DNA from: Pseudomonas phage Baskent_P6 | Strand: one strand, 5' to 3' | Length of the DNA: 64,000 nt | Sequence record: PQ415074.1 | In this document: piece after piece, positions 19,251 to 30,400 of the stretch | Numbering within the stretch: the first letter of the stretch is position 1 | Layout: the number at the start of each line of letters is the position of its first letter | Program-made: the position numbers and the translations under genes | The notes under the pieces: generated by a model | What the model was told of the DNA's origin: nothing | What the model saw: only the letters and a program-made list of their open reading frames with translations | The model's database searches: none

Positions 19251-21848
19251 ATGTATTCGCCGCGCCCCTACGGACGTTTCGCGGAAGACGCGGAGCTTTC
19301 CGCCGACGATGCCGCCGCTGTCGAGCGGCTGGCCAGGAACCTGACGAACTTCAAGCAGGCGTCTGACCTCGCCAACCTGAAGCGCGTTGCGGGCCTGCCC
19401 AGCGGCCGGCAGGCGGTGGCCATCGACATGGGCGGAGTGTTTCGCATCCTGGTGCTCGAGCAGCATGAGCTTCCGCAATTCCGTTTCGACGGGGTGGCAC
19501 AGACCAACATCCCCATGCTGTTCTCCGGCGTCATCACCCGCGCCCAGGTGCTGACCGATGGGCAGGGCGTTGGCATAAGGTTGACCGAGCAGGCCCGGCG
19601 CCGGCTGGTGGCCTACGACCCGAAAGCGGCGCTTCCGCCGAAGGACGTGGCGTTGCAACGCTTCGTCATCAAGTACGAACCTCGTTTCCAATACTTCGAG
19701 CCGCGCGAGCAGGGCATCTACACATTCACTCAGTACGTCAAGCAGCGCCCGACCTGGTACAGCGGCGCCATGGCCGAGGTCATGCAGGTGGCTGGCGGAT
19801 ATGGGCGGCAGGTCATGGCCGAACTGCCAGAGGACGACCTTGAGCGCGCAAGGATGCTGATTCCTGAGCGCTACATGCACCGCATCCGCCAGGAAGTCGG
19901 CAACGTTCGGCTGCCGGCCTACACAGGCTTTCCGGACGAGCAAGGCCAGTTCAAATGTGACTACCTCGCCAGCCGCTGCAACGCCGTCGCTTTCGATGCC
20001 GGCAACAGTCCGTGGTTGCTGCAGATCAATGCGCGGGGCGTCTACGCGATGCCGCTTCCTGTGGTGCCGGCCACCACCACCGAGGCTTTCCGTGACTACG
20101 TGCTGGATGTTGGTGACGACGAGCTGCTGAAGCTTCTGGACCGCTTCGGCGGCATGCCTACTGGTGAGGGGTTCCCACAGCCGGAACAGGAGTTCGAGGC
20201 GTGGCGCCGGGCCGGCGTCATCGTCAAGGTCTGCGACACCGCCGACTTCTACAATTTCGAGGCCATGTACGCGGCGTGTGGCTGGGCGGTGAACAGCCGA
20301 GGCACCGAGGGCTTCAACACCTGCTGGACCTATGACGACGCCGGCCTGATGCAGGTCCATGCGTACAAGATGAGTCTGTCGCTGGCCCCGGCGGAGAACC
20401 AGGGGCGACTGAAGAACACCTGGAATTTCGATGATCCAGACGATGCAGCGAAACTCAACGCCTACCTGGCCCAGGTCTATGGCGCGCTGACCGATGGCAC
20501 CGCCAGAGAACTGGCCATCAAGTATAAGATTCGGCGGGTGCCGGCTGGTGAGATTCTCTCGCGCGCCTCTTCGGCCAGCGGCCCGGATCTGGACTACTGG
20601 GACAGCCTGGAACTACCTCCCATCGCCACCCACCAGGGCCGAGTGTCGCGCGTCGCCAGTGGCCCTTTCTACTGGCCGTCCAAGGTCTTGAAGTCCTGCA
20701 CCCGCCTGAAGTTCCCCGAACTGACGGGGCAGGGGTGCGAGTCCTTCCCGCACATCTCGCCCGACTATTCCGGCGGCGCAGTGAAGTGCGACACCATAGT
20801 CTTCGGCTGCTATGTCGAGGACCAATTGCGTGTCATCAAGTATTTCTACGACGAACGCAAGTTCCAGCAGGAAACGACAAGTACGTTCGAGCAGTACATG
20901 ATCGTCGGCCAGTGGGAGAAGACCGAGACCTTCGGCCTCAGCGGGCTGATGGGGTTCTTCTACACGACCGACTTCGACGATCGGCAGGAGCAGCCGGCGG
21001 TAACGGTCCATACCAACATCGTCGGCACCGATATGGGCTACGGCAACCCGGCTTACTCCACTCCGCCGACGCTTTGGTGCGTCGGCGGCGTGAGCCGGTC
21101 CAGGTATTACATGCACCGCACCACGGTAGACACTACCGAGACGTTTACCCTGGACGTGGCGGCGCTGGTGCCGGTGTTCGAGCGCGATTGCATGCTCTAC
21201 GCCTACCAGGACCATACCGGGGGACGCAGTTCCCACGAGGAAACGACGCAGGGCTCTGTGCCTGATCCCACGTCCTACGAACTCTGGTGCTACGACGACA
21301 TCTGGCACTGGATGGGGCAGACGCGGAACGGGAACCGGGGCGACCCGCCATCCAAGGATGGGGTGCCTGTCTATGTCGACACGCTGGTCTACAGCCCCAC
21401 CGAAATCAGCGACTTCGCCGAGAGTGGCAACTGGCTGAACCTGCCACCTGGCGGGTTTCTGGATGTCACGGGCATCTGTGGGCCGTACACCTACCGCAAC
21501 TCCGTCCACAACGCCAACGGCGTCATCATCGGCGGCGAGGCGCCAGGCTTCGATCCGTACCGGAAGGACACCCAGTACCCCAACGAGAGTAGCGGGCGCC
21601 TGAGTGTGTGCCTGTCCGTGGCCGGCGCTGTTCAGGTCAACAAGGACATGCCGCACTCGTGGTACTGGGGCTTCTCGCCCGAGAACGACTTTTACTTCTA
21701 CCGCGACGCCGTGCATGTCGCCATCGGCGACGCCCGGTACGCCAGCATCTACGAGACGGGCCAGGATGGACTGCGCCGCCGCTGGGGGCATACCGCACTT
21801 GCCGATCACAAGGCGGCCCACCACTTCATAGGGGTTATCAATGAGTGA
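19251..21848 (+). CDS. Large tail protein (865 aa), possibly tail fibre/spike
   Basis: Size and position; no motif confirmed. Confidence 0.5.
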   Translation: MYSPRPYGRFAEDAELSADDAAAVERLARNLTNFKQASDLANLKRVAGLPSGRQAVAIDMGGVFRILVLEQHELPQFRFDGVAQTNIPMLFSGVITRAQVLTDGQGVGIRLTEQARRRLVAYDPKAALPPKDVALQRFVIKYEPRFQYFEPREQGIYTFTQYVKQRPTWYSGAMAEVMQVAGGYGRQVMAELPEDDLERARMLIPERYMHRIRQEVGNVRLPAYTGFPDEQGQFKCDYLASRCNAVAFDAGNSPWLLQINARGVYAMPLPVVPATTTEAFRDYVLDVGDDELLKLLDRFGGMPTGEGFPQPEQEFEAWRRAGVIVKVCDTADFYNFEAMYAACGWAVNSRGTEGFNTCWTYDDAGLMQVHAYKMSLSLAPAENQGRLKNTWNFDDPDDAAKLNAYLAQVYGALTDGTARELAIKYKIRRVPAGEILSRASSASGPDLDYWDSLELPPIATHQGRVSRVASGPFYWPSKVLKSCTRLKFPELTGQGCESFPHISPDYSGGAVKCDTIVFGCYVEDQLRVIKYFYDERKFQQETTSTFEQYMIVGQWEKTETFGLSGLMGFFYTTDFDDRQEQPAVTVHTNIVGTDMGYGNPAYSTPPTLWCVGGVSRSRYYMHRTTVDTTETFTLDVAALVPVFERDCMLYAYQDHTGGRSSHEETTQGSVPDPTSYELWCYDDIWHWMGQTRNGNRGDPPSKDGVPVYVDTLVYSPTEISDFAESGNWLNLPPGGFLDVTGICGPYTYRNSVHNANGVIIGGEAPGFDPYRKDTQYPNESSGRLSVCLSVAGAVQVNKDMPHSWYWGFSPENDFYFYRDAVHVAIGDARYASIYETGQDGLRRRWGHTALADHKAAHHFIGVINE

Positions 21849-23004
21849 CTACCGCGACGATTCCAACGACACGGCGGTAATCAGCGACTCGGCCTGGATC
21901 GGCCTGACCGCGATCAGCGAGGGAACCGCCAGGATCAGCGAGACGGTGCTGTTCGGCCTGCTGGTGCTGCATACCGACACCGCGGTGGCTTCCGACGAGG
22001 CAATTGACCGTCCGGGGCACCTCCTGGCGGACCAAGCACACGCCAGCGACGAGGTGACCGACCAGTTGCGCGCCAGGGTGCTGGTGGTTGAAACGGCTAC
22101 GGCGGGTGATCGCGTCACCGGCACGCTGCGCGTGCTGTATACCGATGGTGCAGTGGTCTCCGATGCCGTGATAGAGCGCGTTCGCAGCCTGGCCGTGGAC
22201 AACGCCCACCTGAGCGACGAGGCGCTGGGCACCCGCCACACCTTCACGCTGGTGGTCGATTCCGCGCGCATCAGCGACAGCACGGGCCAGGTCGCTGCCG
22301 CGCTGTTCGAAGACAGCGCCCTGGCGAGCGACGAGGCTTTCGGCAGGCTGCATGCTCGCGTGTTGCTGACGGACACCGCCGCGCTATCCGACGAGGTGCT
22401 GGACGCCCATCAGGCCGTCCAGGAACTGCTGGTTGATGGCGCCCGCGTCGCCGCCATGGTACTGGACCACCTGGCCGCACGTGACCTAGTGACGGACTTC
22501 GCTCTGGTCGATGGCGAACCCGTGGGCGGCGAGCAGGACGGCGGCCTGGCTTGGACGGCCAACGTCGATAGCTGGGCCATGAGCCGCTATGCCCCGTACA
22601 CCTTCAGCTCGCTGGCAGTGATCGACGGCAAGGTCTACGGTATCGCTGCGGATGGCGTCTATGCCCTGGAAGGCGGCAGCGACGCCGTGGCGGGCAGCAT
22701 CACCACCGGAAAGTTGGACCTGGGGCAGGGCGCACTAGTGCATCCGCATACCGCCTACTTGGAATACGACCTGGCCGCCGGCGGCCAGGTCACCATGGAC
22801 GTGACCACCACGCAAAGCGGCGCCGCCGCGACCTACAGCTACCCGCTAGAGAGCGAGCCCGCCGACGAACTGACTAACGGCCGGTTCAAGTTCGGCCGCG
22901 GCCTGCGCGGCAGGCACTTCGCCTTCACGCTGCGCTTGACGGGCCAGCGCGCCTACATCAACGACTTGAGCGTCGAATCGGCGCCGACCAACAGGAGAGT
23001 GTGA
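21841..23004 (+). CDS. Repeat protein: about 9 tandem units of roughly 20 aa with a conserved S-D-E-(A/V) core
   Basis: Units such as TAVASDEAIDRPGHLLADQAHASDEVTDQL..AVVSDAVIERV..AHLSDEALGT..ARISDSTGQV..ALASDEAFGR..AALSDEVLDA read in the translation; start overlaps upstream stop. Confidence 0.55.
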   Translation: MSDYRDDSNDTAVISDSAWIGLTAISEGTARISETVLFGLLVLHTDTAVASDEAIDRPGHLLADQAHASDEVTDQLRARVLVVETATAGDRVTGTLRVLYTDGAVVSDAVIERVRSLAVDNAHLSDEALGTRHTFTLVVDSARISDSTGQVAAALFEDSALASDEAFGRLHARVLLTDTAALSDEVLDAHQAVQELLVDGARVAAMVLDHLAARDLVTDFALVDGEPVGGEQDGGLAWTANVDSWAMSRYAPYTFSSLAVIDGKVYGIAADGVYALEGGSDAVAGSITTGKLDLGQGALVHPHTAYLEYDLAAGGQVTMDVTTTQSGAAATYSYPLESEPADELTNGRFKFGRGLRGRHFAFTLRLTGQRAYINDLSVESAPTNRRV

Positions 23005-24897
23005 ATGGGTATCGCACCGGATAGTATCCTTGGCGTAGCGGTGGACACCGTTACGGACAAGATGAACGATCTTGAGGCGCTGGGCAGCAAGTACAGCGCA
23101 GAACTGTCCGCCGCGCTGGCGAAGATCGGCGACATCACGGTGGCTGACGTGCCGGCACCGACGCGGCCGGATGCGCCTATCGCTTCGCCGCCGCCCGTCA
23201 ACCTGGGCGAGCAGCCGACCTACAACCCGTCTTCGCTGGTCAAGCCGGAAGCCCCTGGCGGCCTGAACATCGACGACCTGCTGGCCGACCTGGACGTGGG
23301 CGACATGGACGACCTGCCCGACGCGCCGACCATGATCCCGATCAACATCCCGGACGCGCCGAGCATGACGGCCATCCCGGTGCCGGAACGCCCGGACATC
23401 GACACCACGGTGGAGATTCCCGACGCGCCGCAGATCGCCATGCCGGACATGGAAGTGCTGGAACAGATCCGCCTGCCGGAATTCGTGTTCCCCGAGTTGC
23501 CCACGTTCGATGCCACGCCGCCGGACGCGAGCGGGATCACGGTGCCCAACGTCTTCATCAACTGGCTGGAACCGGAGTACCAGTCCGAGGTGCTGGACGA
23601 GTTGCAAGCGAAGATCAAGGAACTGATGGCGGGCGGCACCGGCCTGCCTGTACCCATCGAGCAGGCGCTGTTCGCCCGCTCCCGCGAGCGCGACAGCGGT
23701 GAAACCACCCGCGCCGTGCAGGAGGCGGTTGATACCTGGGCCGCCCGTAACTTCTCCATGCCGCCGGGGATGCTCGCCAGGCAGGTGGACGTGGTGCGCG
23801 AGCAGGGCCGGCTGAAAGCGGCCGAGCTGAACCGCGACATCCTAGTTCAGGCGGCCACCTGGGAAATCGAGAACCTGCGCTTCGCCGTGCAGCAGGGCCT
23901 GGCCCTCGAGCAGTTGACCGAGAACATGCACCAGAACATGGCGCAGCGCCTGTTCGAGGTCGCCCGCTTCCACGCGGAAAGCCAGATCAACGTGTTCAAC
24001 GCGCAGATCAGCCTGTTCAACGCGCAGAACGCGGCCTTCGAGACGCTGGCGCAGGTCTACCGCACCAAGCTGGATGCGGCTATCTCCAAGCTGACTGCCT
24101 ACAAGACCGCCGTGGAGGGCCAGGTGGCGCTGGGGCAGATCAACCAGCAGCGCGTCGAGGTGTTCAAGGCCAAGCTGGACGCCGTACAGTCGAGCGTCGA
24201 GGTCTACAAGGCGCTGATGCAGGGCGCTTCAGTGCGCGCCGAGACGATCAAGAACCAGTTCGATGCCTACCGCGCAGACGTGCAGGCGTATGCCGAGCAG
24301 ATCGGCGCCGAGAAGGTCAAGTTCGACGCCTACGAGGCCCGCGTCAAGGGCGAGTCGGCCAAGGCGGATGTGCTCGATGCGCAGGCCCGTGCCTACGCTT
24401 CAACCATCCAGGGGCTGGCGAACAAGGCCGATGTCAAGGTCAAGGGAGCGCAGATCAGGATGGAAGCGGCGCGCACCAAGGTGTCGAAGTTCTTGGCCGA
24501 CGTGGACGCCTACAAGGCCACCCTGCAGGCCAACCTGAGCGAGGTGCAGTACAACACGTCGGTGTTCCAGGCCCAAGTAGAAGCCTGGCGCGCAGCGGCC
24601 AGTGCCAACGTGGCCGACGCCGAAATGCAATCTCGCTTTGCCGACATGAACAGTCGGACCAACATCGCTTACGCGGAAATGCAGATCAGCGAGTACACGG
24701 CGAAGATGCAGAACGCTGTACAGCAGGCTCAGATCGCTCTGGAGGCGGCGAAGGCCCTGGGGCAATACACCGCTCAGCTCGCAGCCGGTGCCATGTCGGC
24801 GGCACATGTATCGGCCAGCATCAGCGGAACCGGAAGTGCCAGTACTCAGGAAAGCAAGAGCGAAAGCACGCAGACCAGTTACAACTACAGCTATTGA
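23005..24897 (+). CDS. Putative ejection/internal virion protein (coiled-coil rich, 630 aa)
   Basis: Long Ala/Gln/Glu-rich helical C-terminal half, Pro-rich N-terminal half; position before the other ejection-type proteins. Confidence 0.5.
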   Translation: MGIAPDSILGVAVDTVTDKMNDLEALGSKYSAELSAALAKIGDITVADVPAPTRPDAPIASPPPVNLGEQPTYNPSSLVKPEAPGGLNIDDLLADLDVGDMDDLPDAPTMIPINIPDAPSMTAIPVPERPDIDTTVEIPDAPQIAMPDMEVLEQIRLPEFVFPELPTFDATPPDASGITVPNVFINWLEPEYQSEVLDELQAKIKELMAGGTGLPVPIEQALFARSRERDSGETTRAVQEAVDTWAARNFSMPPGMLARQVDVVREQGRLKAAELNRDILVQAATWEIENLRFAVQQGLALEQLTENMHQNMAQRLFEVARFHAESQINVFNAQISLFNAQNAAFETLAQVYRTKLDAAISKLTAYKTAVEGQVALGQINQQRVEVFKAKLDAVQSSVEVYKALMQGASVRAETIKNQFDAYRADVQAYAEQIGAEKVKFDAYEARVKGESAKADVLDAQARAYASTIQGLANKADVKVKGAQIRMEAARTKVSKFLADVDAYKATLQANLSEVQYNTSVFQAQVEAWRAAASANVADAEMQSRFADMNSRTNIAYAEMQISEYTAKMQNAVQQAQIALEAAKALGQYTAQLAAGAMSAAHVSASISGTGSASTQESKSESTQTSYNYSY

Positions 24898-24962
24898 TGG
24901 CCAGGATCTGACTTGGGATATATTCAGCGCTTTCATTGTGTCCACGGCTATAAGGAAGAGTC

Positions 24963-25154
24963 ATGCACAGAGTCGTCGCTAGGCTTTTGGGGGCAGTAAT
25001 TGCGCTGTTTACCCCAATATTGGTTTTTGCAGACAAATACGGGGTTGATGAGTCAATTCGCGAAAGCTCGGGGAACCTAGAGTTAAGAGACGTAGTTGTC
25101 GGGGCTATTATAATTTTTGGTCTTATCTGGATTTGGAAGAAGATTACCGGGTAA
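24963..25154 (+). CDS. Small two-TM membrane protein (63 aa) on a low-GC moron
   Basis: Hydrophobic segments LLGAVIALFTPILVF and VVVGAIIIFGLIWIW. RBS aaggaagag. Local GC about 45% against about 63% around it. Own terminator downstream. Confidence 0.5.
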   Translation: MHRVVARLLGAVIALFTPILVFADKYGVDESIRESSGNLELRDVVVGAIIIFGLIWIWKKITG

Positions 25155-25199
25155 ACACATAGCCAAACGCTCCGCCCCCCGTAGGGTTAGCTCCGAAGC

Positions 25200-25242
25200 G
25201 GCCTGGACCGGAATATTGAACCGGTATCCAGGCCGTTTCTTT
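25200..25242 (+). terminator. Rho-independent terminator of the moron: GGCCTGGACCGG-aatattgaa-CCGGTATCCAGGCC then GTTTCTTT
   Basis: Inverted repeat plus T-rich tail read directly. Confidence 0.55.
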
Positions 25243-25253
25243 AGGGGCTTCAC

Positions 25254-27428
25254 ATGTACGGGTTCAAGAAGGGCGCCAAGCCCAAGCAACGATTTGCAGA
25301 TGGTGGGCGGGTGCGTGGTCCAGGCACTGGCACCTCCGACGACATCGACACCGAGGTACCTGCGGGCAGCTACATCATGCCGGCCGACTCGACCGAGCAG
25401 ATTGGGGAAGCGGCGTTGCAGGGTATGGGGGCGCCGGTCCCGGTCAGCCTGAGTAACGGCGAGTACCAGATGCCTCCCGAGCAGGTTCACGCCGTTGGCG
25501 TGCAGGCGCTGGACGCTGTGAAGAATGCCACTCATGTGCCGGTAGCCCAGCAGGCAAAAGGGTTCTCTCCGCGTAAAAGGGGAGGGAATGGCGCCGAGAA
25601 GCCAGAATTGTTCTTCGCCGACGGCGGGGTTGTTGATGGAGAGCGCAAAAAGCAGACCCGTTTCGACATCACCAACACGCCCGCCGCCCAGCGTGCTGCT
25701 GGCGTTGTGCCGGAGGCATCGGCTCCCGTAGCCACCAGCGGCTACAGTGCAGACCCCACCATGGCAAGGGCGCAGGCCAATATCGATGCTGAACGGCAAG
25801 CAATGGCTGTGCATCGGCAGCGCACTGCTGATGCCGCGAATCTTCAGCCAGGAGTGGCGCCTGGCTACAGCGACAACCTCTATACCGCCAACGCCCAGGC
25901 ACGTTCGGATGCAGCCCGACAGCAACAGGCTGTGGCGCAGTCCGGTGCGCTGCCAGATGCGCCGTCGGCGCAAGGCTTCGCGCCCTCGCGACAAGGTAAT
26001 GACCCGGCCAGAGCTGCAAGGATGCAGGCTCAGTTTGATCAACCGGTAACGGGCCCTGATCGATCTAAAGCTGCTGGTTTCACTCCGCAATACCGCACCG
26101 AGGGACCAGGCTGGCGAACCGATTCGGTTCTTCGCGGGACGGGTGACGACGTAGCGCAGCAGTGGGCATCGGGTGAGTATGCCCGTGGCTTTGGAACTGG
26201 CGTGCGTGGGGCTCTTGCGGCGGTTCCCGCAGCGTTCGCTGATGCTGGTGAGGATGTCGGTCGACTGGCGGAACCGGTGGTCAACTTCGGTAAAGGGCTA
26301 TTCGGATGGAATGACACTCCGCCGGCGCTTCGTGGTCAGCAGGCAGCCCAGGGTGCAGCGGCGCCAAGTTCCAGTGCTGCGCTGGGGCGAGGCCAGGTGT
26401 TGCCGGCTGCTGGTGCGCCAACCGGGGCGCTGGAGTCGGCGGCGAATACTGGAGCCGCTATGCCAAGCGCCGGAGGCTCGGACCTGCCCAACAACGTGAC
26501 GCGAGTGGGTAACAGCTTCTCCGGTACAACAATCCGCCCAGGCTACACCGTTAACGGGGAGGCTCAAGCTGCCGGGTTCACCCCAGGTGGTCAGCGGAGT
26601 GCTCAAAACCAACGCGCAGTGGAGAACCTGCTGGCCCGAACGCCTGATGTTGGTATGGGGTTCAGGCCGAGTTCTGTCTCCCAGGTACCGCCGATGGCCC
26701 CGGACGCGTTGGCTCAGTACAACGCCGGTAACTCCGGCGCGCCTCGGGTAACCGTGGTTCCCGATAGCTCTCGGGCCGATAGCGTTCGCCAAGCCGCCTT
26801 GAATGCAGCCTCAACACCTTATCGCGGTTCGCCGAACGGGCAGTTAACTGCCCGCCAGATCGACAACCTGTTCCGGCTGCAGCAGAGCGATGACCGCAAT
26901 GCTACGTCCCTGGCGAGCATTCGAGCGAATAACGACACGGCCTTGGCGCGGGAGCAGGTGCAGCAGCAGGGCGCCAATCAGCGCGCGGCCCTACAGGAAA
27001 TGGGGCAGGGCGCGCGCTTCCTCGCCTCCAACGAACTCGATCGCCAGCGCCTGGCTGGTGAGCAAGAGGCCAGGGGCTTCCAAACCCGCGCCGCCCAGCG
27101 CATCGAGAAGCTGTACGAGCAGTACGACAAGGCTGCTCCCGAAGACCGAGCCGCGATCGCCGAACAGATTCGTGTGCTAGCCGGTAAGGACGCTCCGAAT
27201 CGCTTCACCGTGGTACCCGGCGGCCAGGAGTACGACCCACAGGCCATGCAACTTCTGACGCGCCCTGCACGAGTACTCAACAATCAGACCGGCCAATTTA
27301 TCGACCAGCAGGGCCAGCCGGCAGCGGCCGCCGGCGGAATCCCGCAGCCGAAGACTGCGGCCGAATACGAGGCCCTTCCCAAGGGCACCCAGTACATGAA
27401 AGACGGCCAACTGCGCGTCAAGGGCTAA
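25254..27428 (+). CDS. Putative ejection/internal virion protein (724 aa, Gly/Ala/Gln-rich, FADGG repeats)
   Basis: MYGFKKGAKPKQRFADGG ... ELFFADGGVVDG. Low-complexity composition; position directly before the giant ORF. Confidence 0.55.
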   Translation: MYGFKKGAKPKQRFADGGRVRGPGTGTSDDIDTEVPAGSYIMPADSTEQIGEAALQGMGAPVPVSLSNGEYQMPPEQVHAVGVQALDAVKNATHVPVAQQAKGFSPRKRGGNGAEKPELFFADGGVVDGERKKQTRFDITNTPAAQRAAGVVPEASAPVATSGYSADPTMARAQANIDAERQAMAVHRQRTADAANLQPGVAPGYSDNLYTANAQARSDAARQQQAVAQSGALPDAPSAQGFAPSRQGNDPARAARMQAQFDQPVTGPDRSKAAGFTPQYRTEGPGWRTDSVLRGTGDDVAQQWASGEYARGFGTGVRGALAAVPAAFADAGEDVGRLAEPVVNFGKGLFGWNDTPPALRGQQAAQGAAAPSSSAALGRGQVLPAAGAPTGALESAANTGAAMPSAGGSDLPNNVTRVGNSFSGTTIRPGYTVNGEAQAAGFTPGGQRSAQNQRAVENLLARTPDVGMGFRPSSVSQVPPMAPDALAQYNAGNSGAPRVTVVPDSSRADSVRQAALNAASTPYRGSPNGQLTARQIDNLFRLQQSDDRNATSLASIRANNDTALAREQVQQQGANQRAALQEMGQGARFLASNELDRQRLAGEQEARGFQTRAAQRIEKLYEQYDKAAPEDRAAIAEQIRVLAGKDAPNRFTVVPGGQEYDPQAMQLLTRPARVLNNQTGQFIDQQGQPAAAAGGIPQPKTAAEYEALPKGTQYMKDGQLRVKG

Positions 27429-27443
27429 GAGAGTACAGAGGAC

Positions 27444-30400
27444 ATGGCAGATACCTGGGGCGAGAACGACAAGATCGTGGATACCGCGGACTTCGGTGCG
27501 AACGACGAGGTGGTTGGCAAGGGGGAAGAGGGTCGCGGTGTTATAGGGCATGCGCGCGACCTCGGCCTGTCTGTGGCCAAGGGGGTGATTGGGGTTCCGG
27601 AAGCGGCTGTTGGCCTCGCTGATATCCCAACAGAGGGCCGCGTAGGTAAGTTCCTCGAGAACCAGGACGGCATGCTCGGCTTCCGGCCCCGGGAGGCGAA
27701 GGATTTCCTGAGTGATCTGCACACCGATCAGTACAAACAGCAACAGCAGGACTTTCAGGATGCTGATGGCGTCGTAGACAAGACGCTGCATGCTGTACAG
27801 AACCCGTCGATGGTCGTGAACACCGTAGCGGAGTCTTTGCCTTCCATGTTGGCGGGGGGCGCGGTCGGTCGTGGCGTTCGGGCGCTGGCTCCAGCGTTGG
27901 CACCTGTGGCAGCCGGCGCGGCTGGCGAAGGGGCGGTTATGGCTGGTCAGCAAGCAGAGCAGATCCGCCAAGAAACTGATGACGGCTTGCTCACTCCGGC
28001 GCAGTCGGGAGCTGCGGTGGCCACTGGTGTGTTGGGAAGTCTGTTTTCCCTTGCCGGCGGTAGCTTGGCCAAGAAACTGGGTATCGGTGATGCGGATACC
28101 CTCCTCGCTGGTGGTGCCAACCCAGGACAACTGGTCAGCGAGCTGGCGTCCATGCCGGCGAAGAGCATTCCGCGGAAGGTGATAGAGGGCGCAATCTCCG
28201 AGGGCTTCCTTGAGGAACTGCCACAGTCCGCATCTGAGCAGGTTCTGCAAAACCTGGCGCTGGGACGGGACTGGGCCAGCGGCCTGGATGAAGCGATGGT
28301 AATGGGAACGCTGGCCGGGATGGCCATGGGTGGGCCGGCGGCGGTTCTACATGGCGGTCAGCCGGCAGCGTCCCGTGGCCTGGCGGATGCGGACGCTACC
28401 TTCGAGAGTACCCCGGGCCTTGAGGGGCAGACCGAGACGACTGCGCCACTGGCACTCCCAGCTCCAGTGTATGAGGCTGGTTCTGACGGCCAGGTCCGGA
28501 CCACGGTCGACCAGAACTCCGCTACCCAGGCACAGCGTCAGCAAGAGGCTGAACGTCTGGACCGAATCCGTCGAGGTGAAGTCACCGATGTGACTCCGGT
28601 CCCGGCGGCCCCAAAGCGCTCCGAGCAGATGGGTCTGGACCCGGCTGTTGGGCCACTGTCTGGTGCTGCTGCGCAGGCCGTGGACAGTGGCGCAACTGAC
28701 CAGATGGTGCAACAAGCCGCGCTCCAGCAGGCAGCCGAGGAGGCGCAGAAGAGCGGCAGGAAAGGTGATCAGGTCAACCCGGAAACCGGTGAGATTACAG
28801 CGGAGCAGGGTGATCTGCTGGCATCCGATCCTGTCACCGATCTGCAGGGCCGCTTGGAATTTGTACGCCGGCAAGCCCGTGCCACCGGATGGGACGCGAA
28901 GAAAATCGCCGAGCGCGATCGCTTGCAGGAGGAACTGGACAAGCTCGCGCCAGCGCCGGATGCCGGCTACATGCAGCGCGTCGGTGAGCGCGTGAAGCGT
29001 ATCGAGGCCGCGCAGAGCCCCGATGAAATTGCCGCGATCCTCGCCGAGGATCAGCAGGATGAGCAGCGCCACCAGAACGCCGCTGGCCGGGTGGAGCTAG
29101 CCGCCCGCGCTCGCGGCTTCGCCCTGGACCAGGCGGCGCAGCAGCAAGCCCCGACGCCAATCGGCGTGCAGGACGACATCCAGCAGGCCCAAGGCAAGGC
29201 TGACGCGCAGCAGGCGCAAGCCGCACAACCGGCTGTATCGCTGGCGCCGGCAGCGGAATCCGTACCGGCAGCACCTGCGACCGAGGCGAAAGCGACCAAC
29301 CTGAAGGACGCCATTTCGAAGGTACGCCAGGCCAAACAGAAGCCCGAGCAGCCTGCGGCGCTGCAGGCCGTGCGTCGCGGAGAGGTGGGCGGAAAGCTGG
29401 GCAGTGGCGAAGTAGTGACCACCAGCAGCGGGCGGCAGACGACGCCTTTCCCGAAGGTCAGCGTGGACTCCAGCCGCAAGGCGACCAGCACCATCAAGGC
29501 CGTGGACCAGTGGCTGATGCAGAATGCCCTGGATGAAGCGCGCTCGCGCGGCGACGAGTTCAACGCGCGCCAGTTCGAGGCGAACCTGGCGAAGCCGCAG
29601 CGGGCCGATAAGGACGCTGCCGAGGAATACCTGTTCGGCCAACAGCCTGCTGTGCAGCCCCGCGTGCTGAAGCCACTGGCGCCGAAGTCTACCGCCACCG
29701 ACAACAGCGCAAGCTGGGTCATCCGAAACAAGGAAACCGGTGAGGTGATCGCGGAAACGTTCGACCGTAAGAAGGTTGACGCGCTCAACACCGAGAAATA
29801 CGAAGCGGTGCCGATCCAGCAGCACCTGGCGAGCCTGAACAAGCCCAAGGTGCCCAGCATCGAAGGCAAGGACATCGGCGAAGGGTGGGCGGAGTTCAGC
29901 AAGGAATCGGGCACCGTGGGTATCCCTCGCGCCGACATGCCGCAGATCAAGGCCGAGCACCGCGGCGCGATGGTGAACTTCCTGAGCGCTCGTGGCGTGC
30001 AGCATCAGGAAGAGACAGTTCCCGCAGATACCCTCAAACCGACGCAGGCTGAATTCAGCCGCGACAAGGTGGCGAAGGCCAAGGACTTCGAGGGTGGCAA
30101 CCGCTCCATCTTGGTTTCGCGCGAAGGCAACGTGTTGGATGGGCATCACCAGTGGATGGCCGCCCGCGACAACGGCGAAGAGGTGAGGGTGATTCGCCTG
30201 GATGCCCCCATCCGCGACCTGGTGAAACTGGCCCACGAGTTTCCCAGTTCCACCACCGATGCCAGCAGCGGGCAGGGTGCCACGGTTGACGCGAGACAGG
30301 TGAGGCCCGTGCCTGAGCCAGCCGCTCCTGATGTGCCGAAGAAGAGGCCGCGCGGCGTGCTGGCAAAGAGGTTCCAGGCTGAGGCCCAGGCCCGCGCCGA

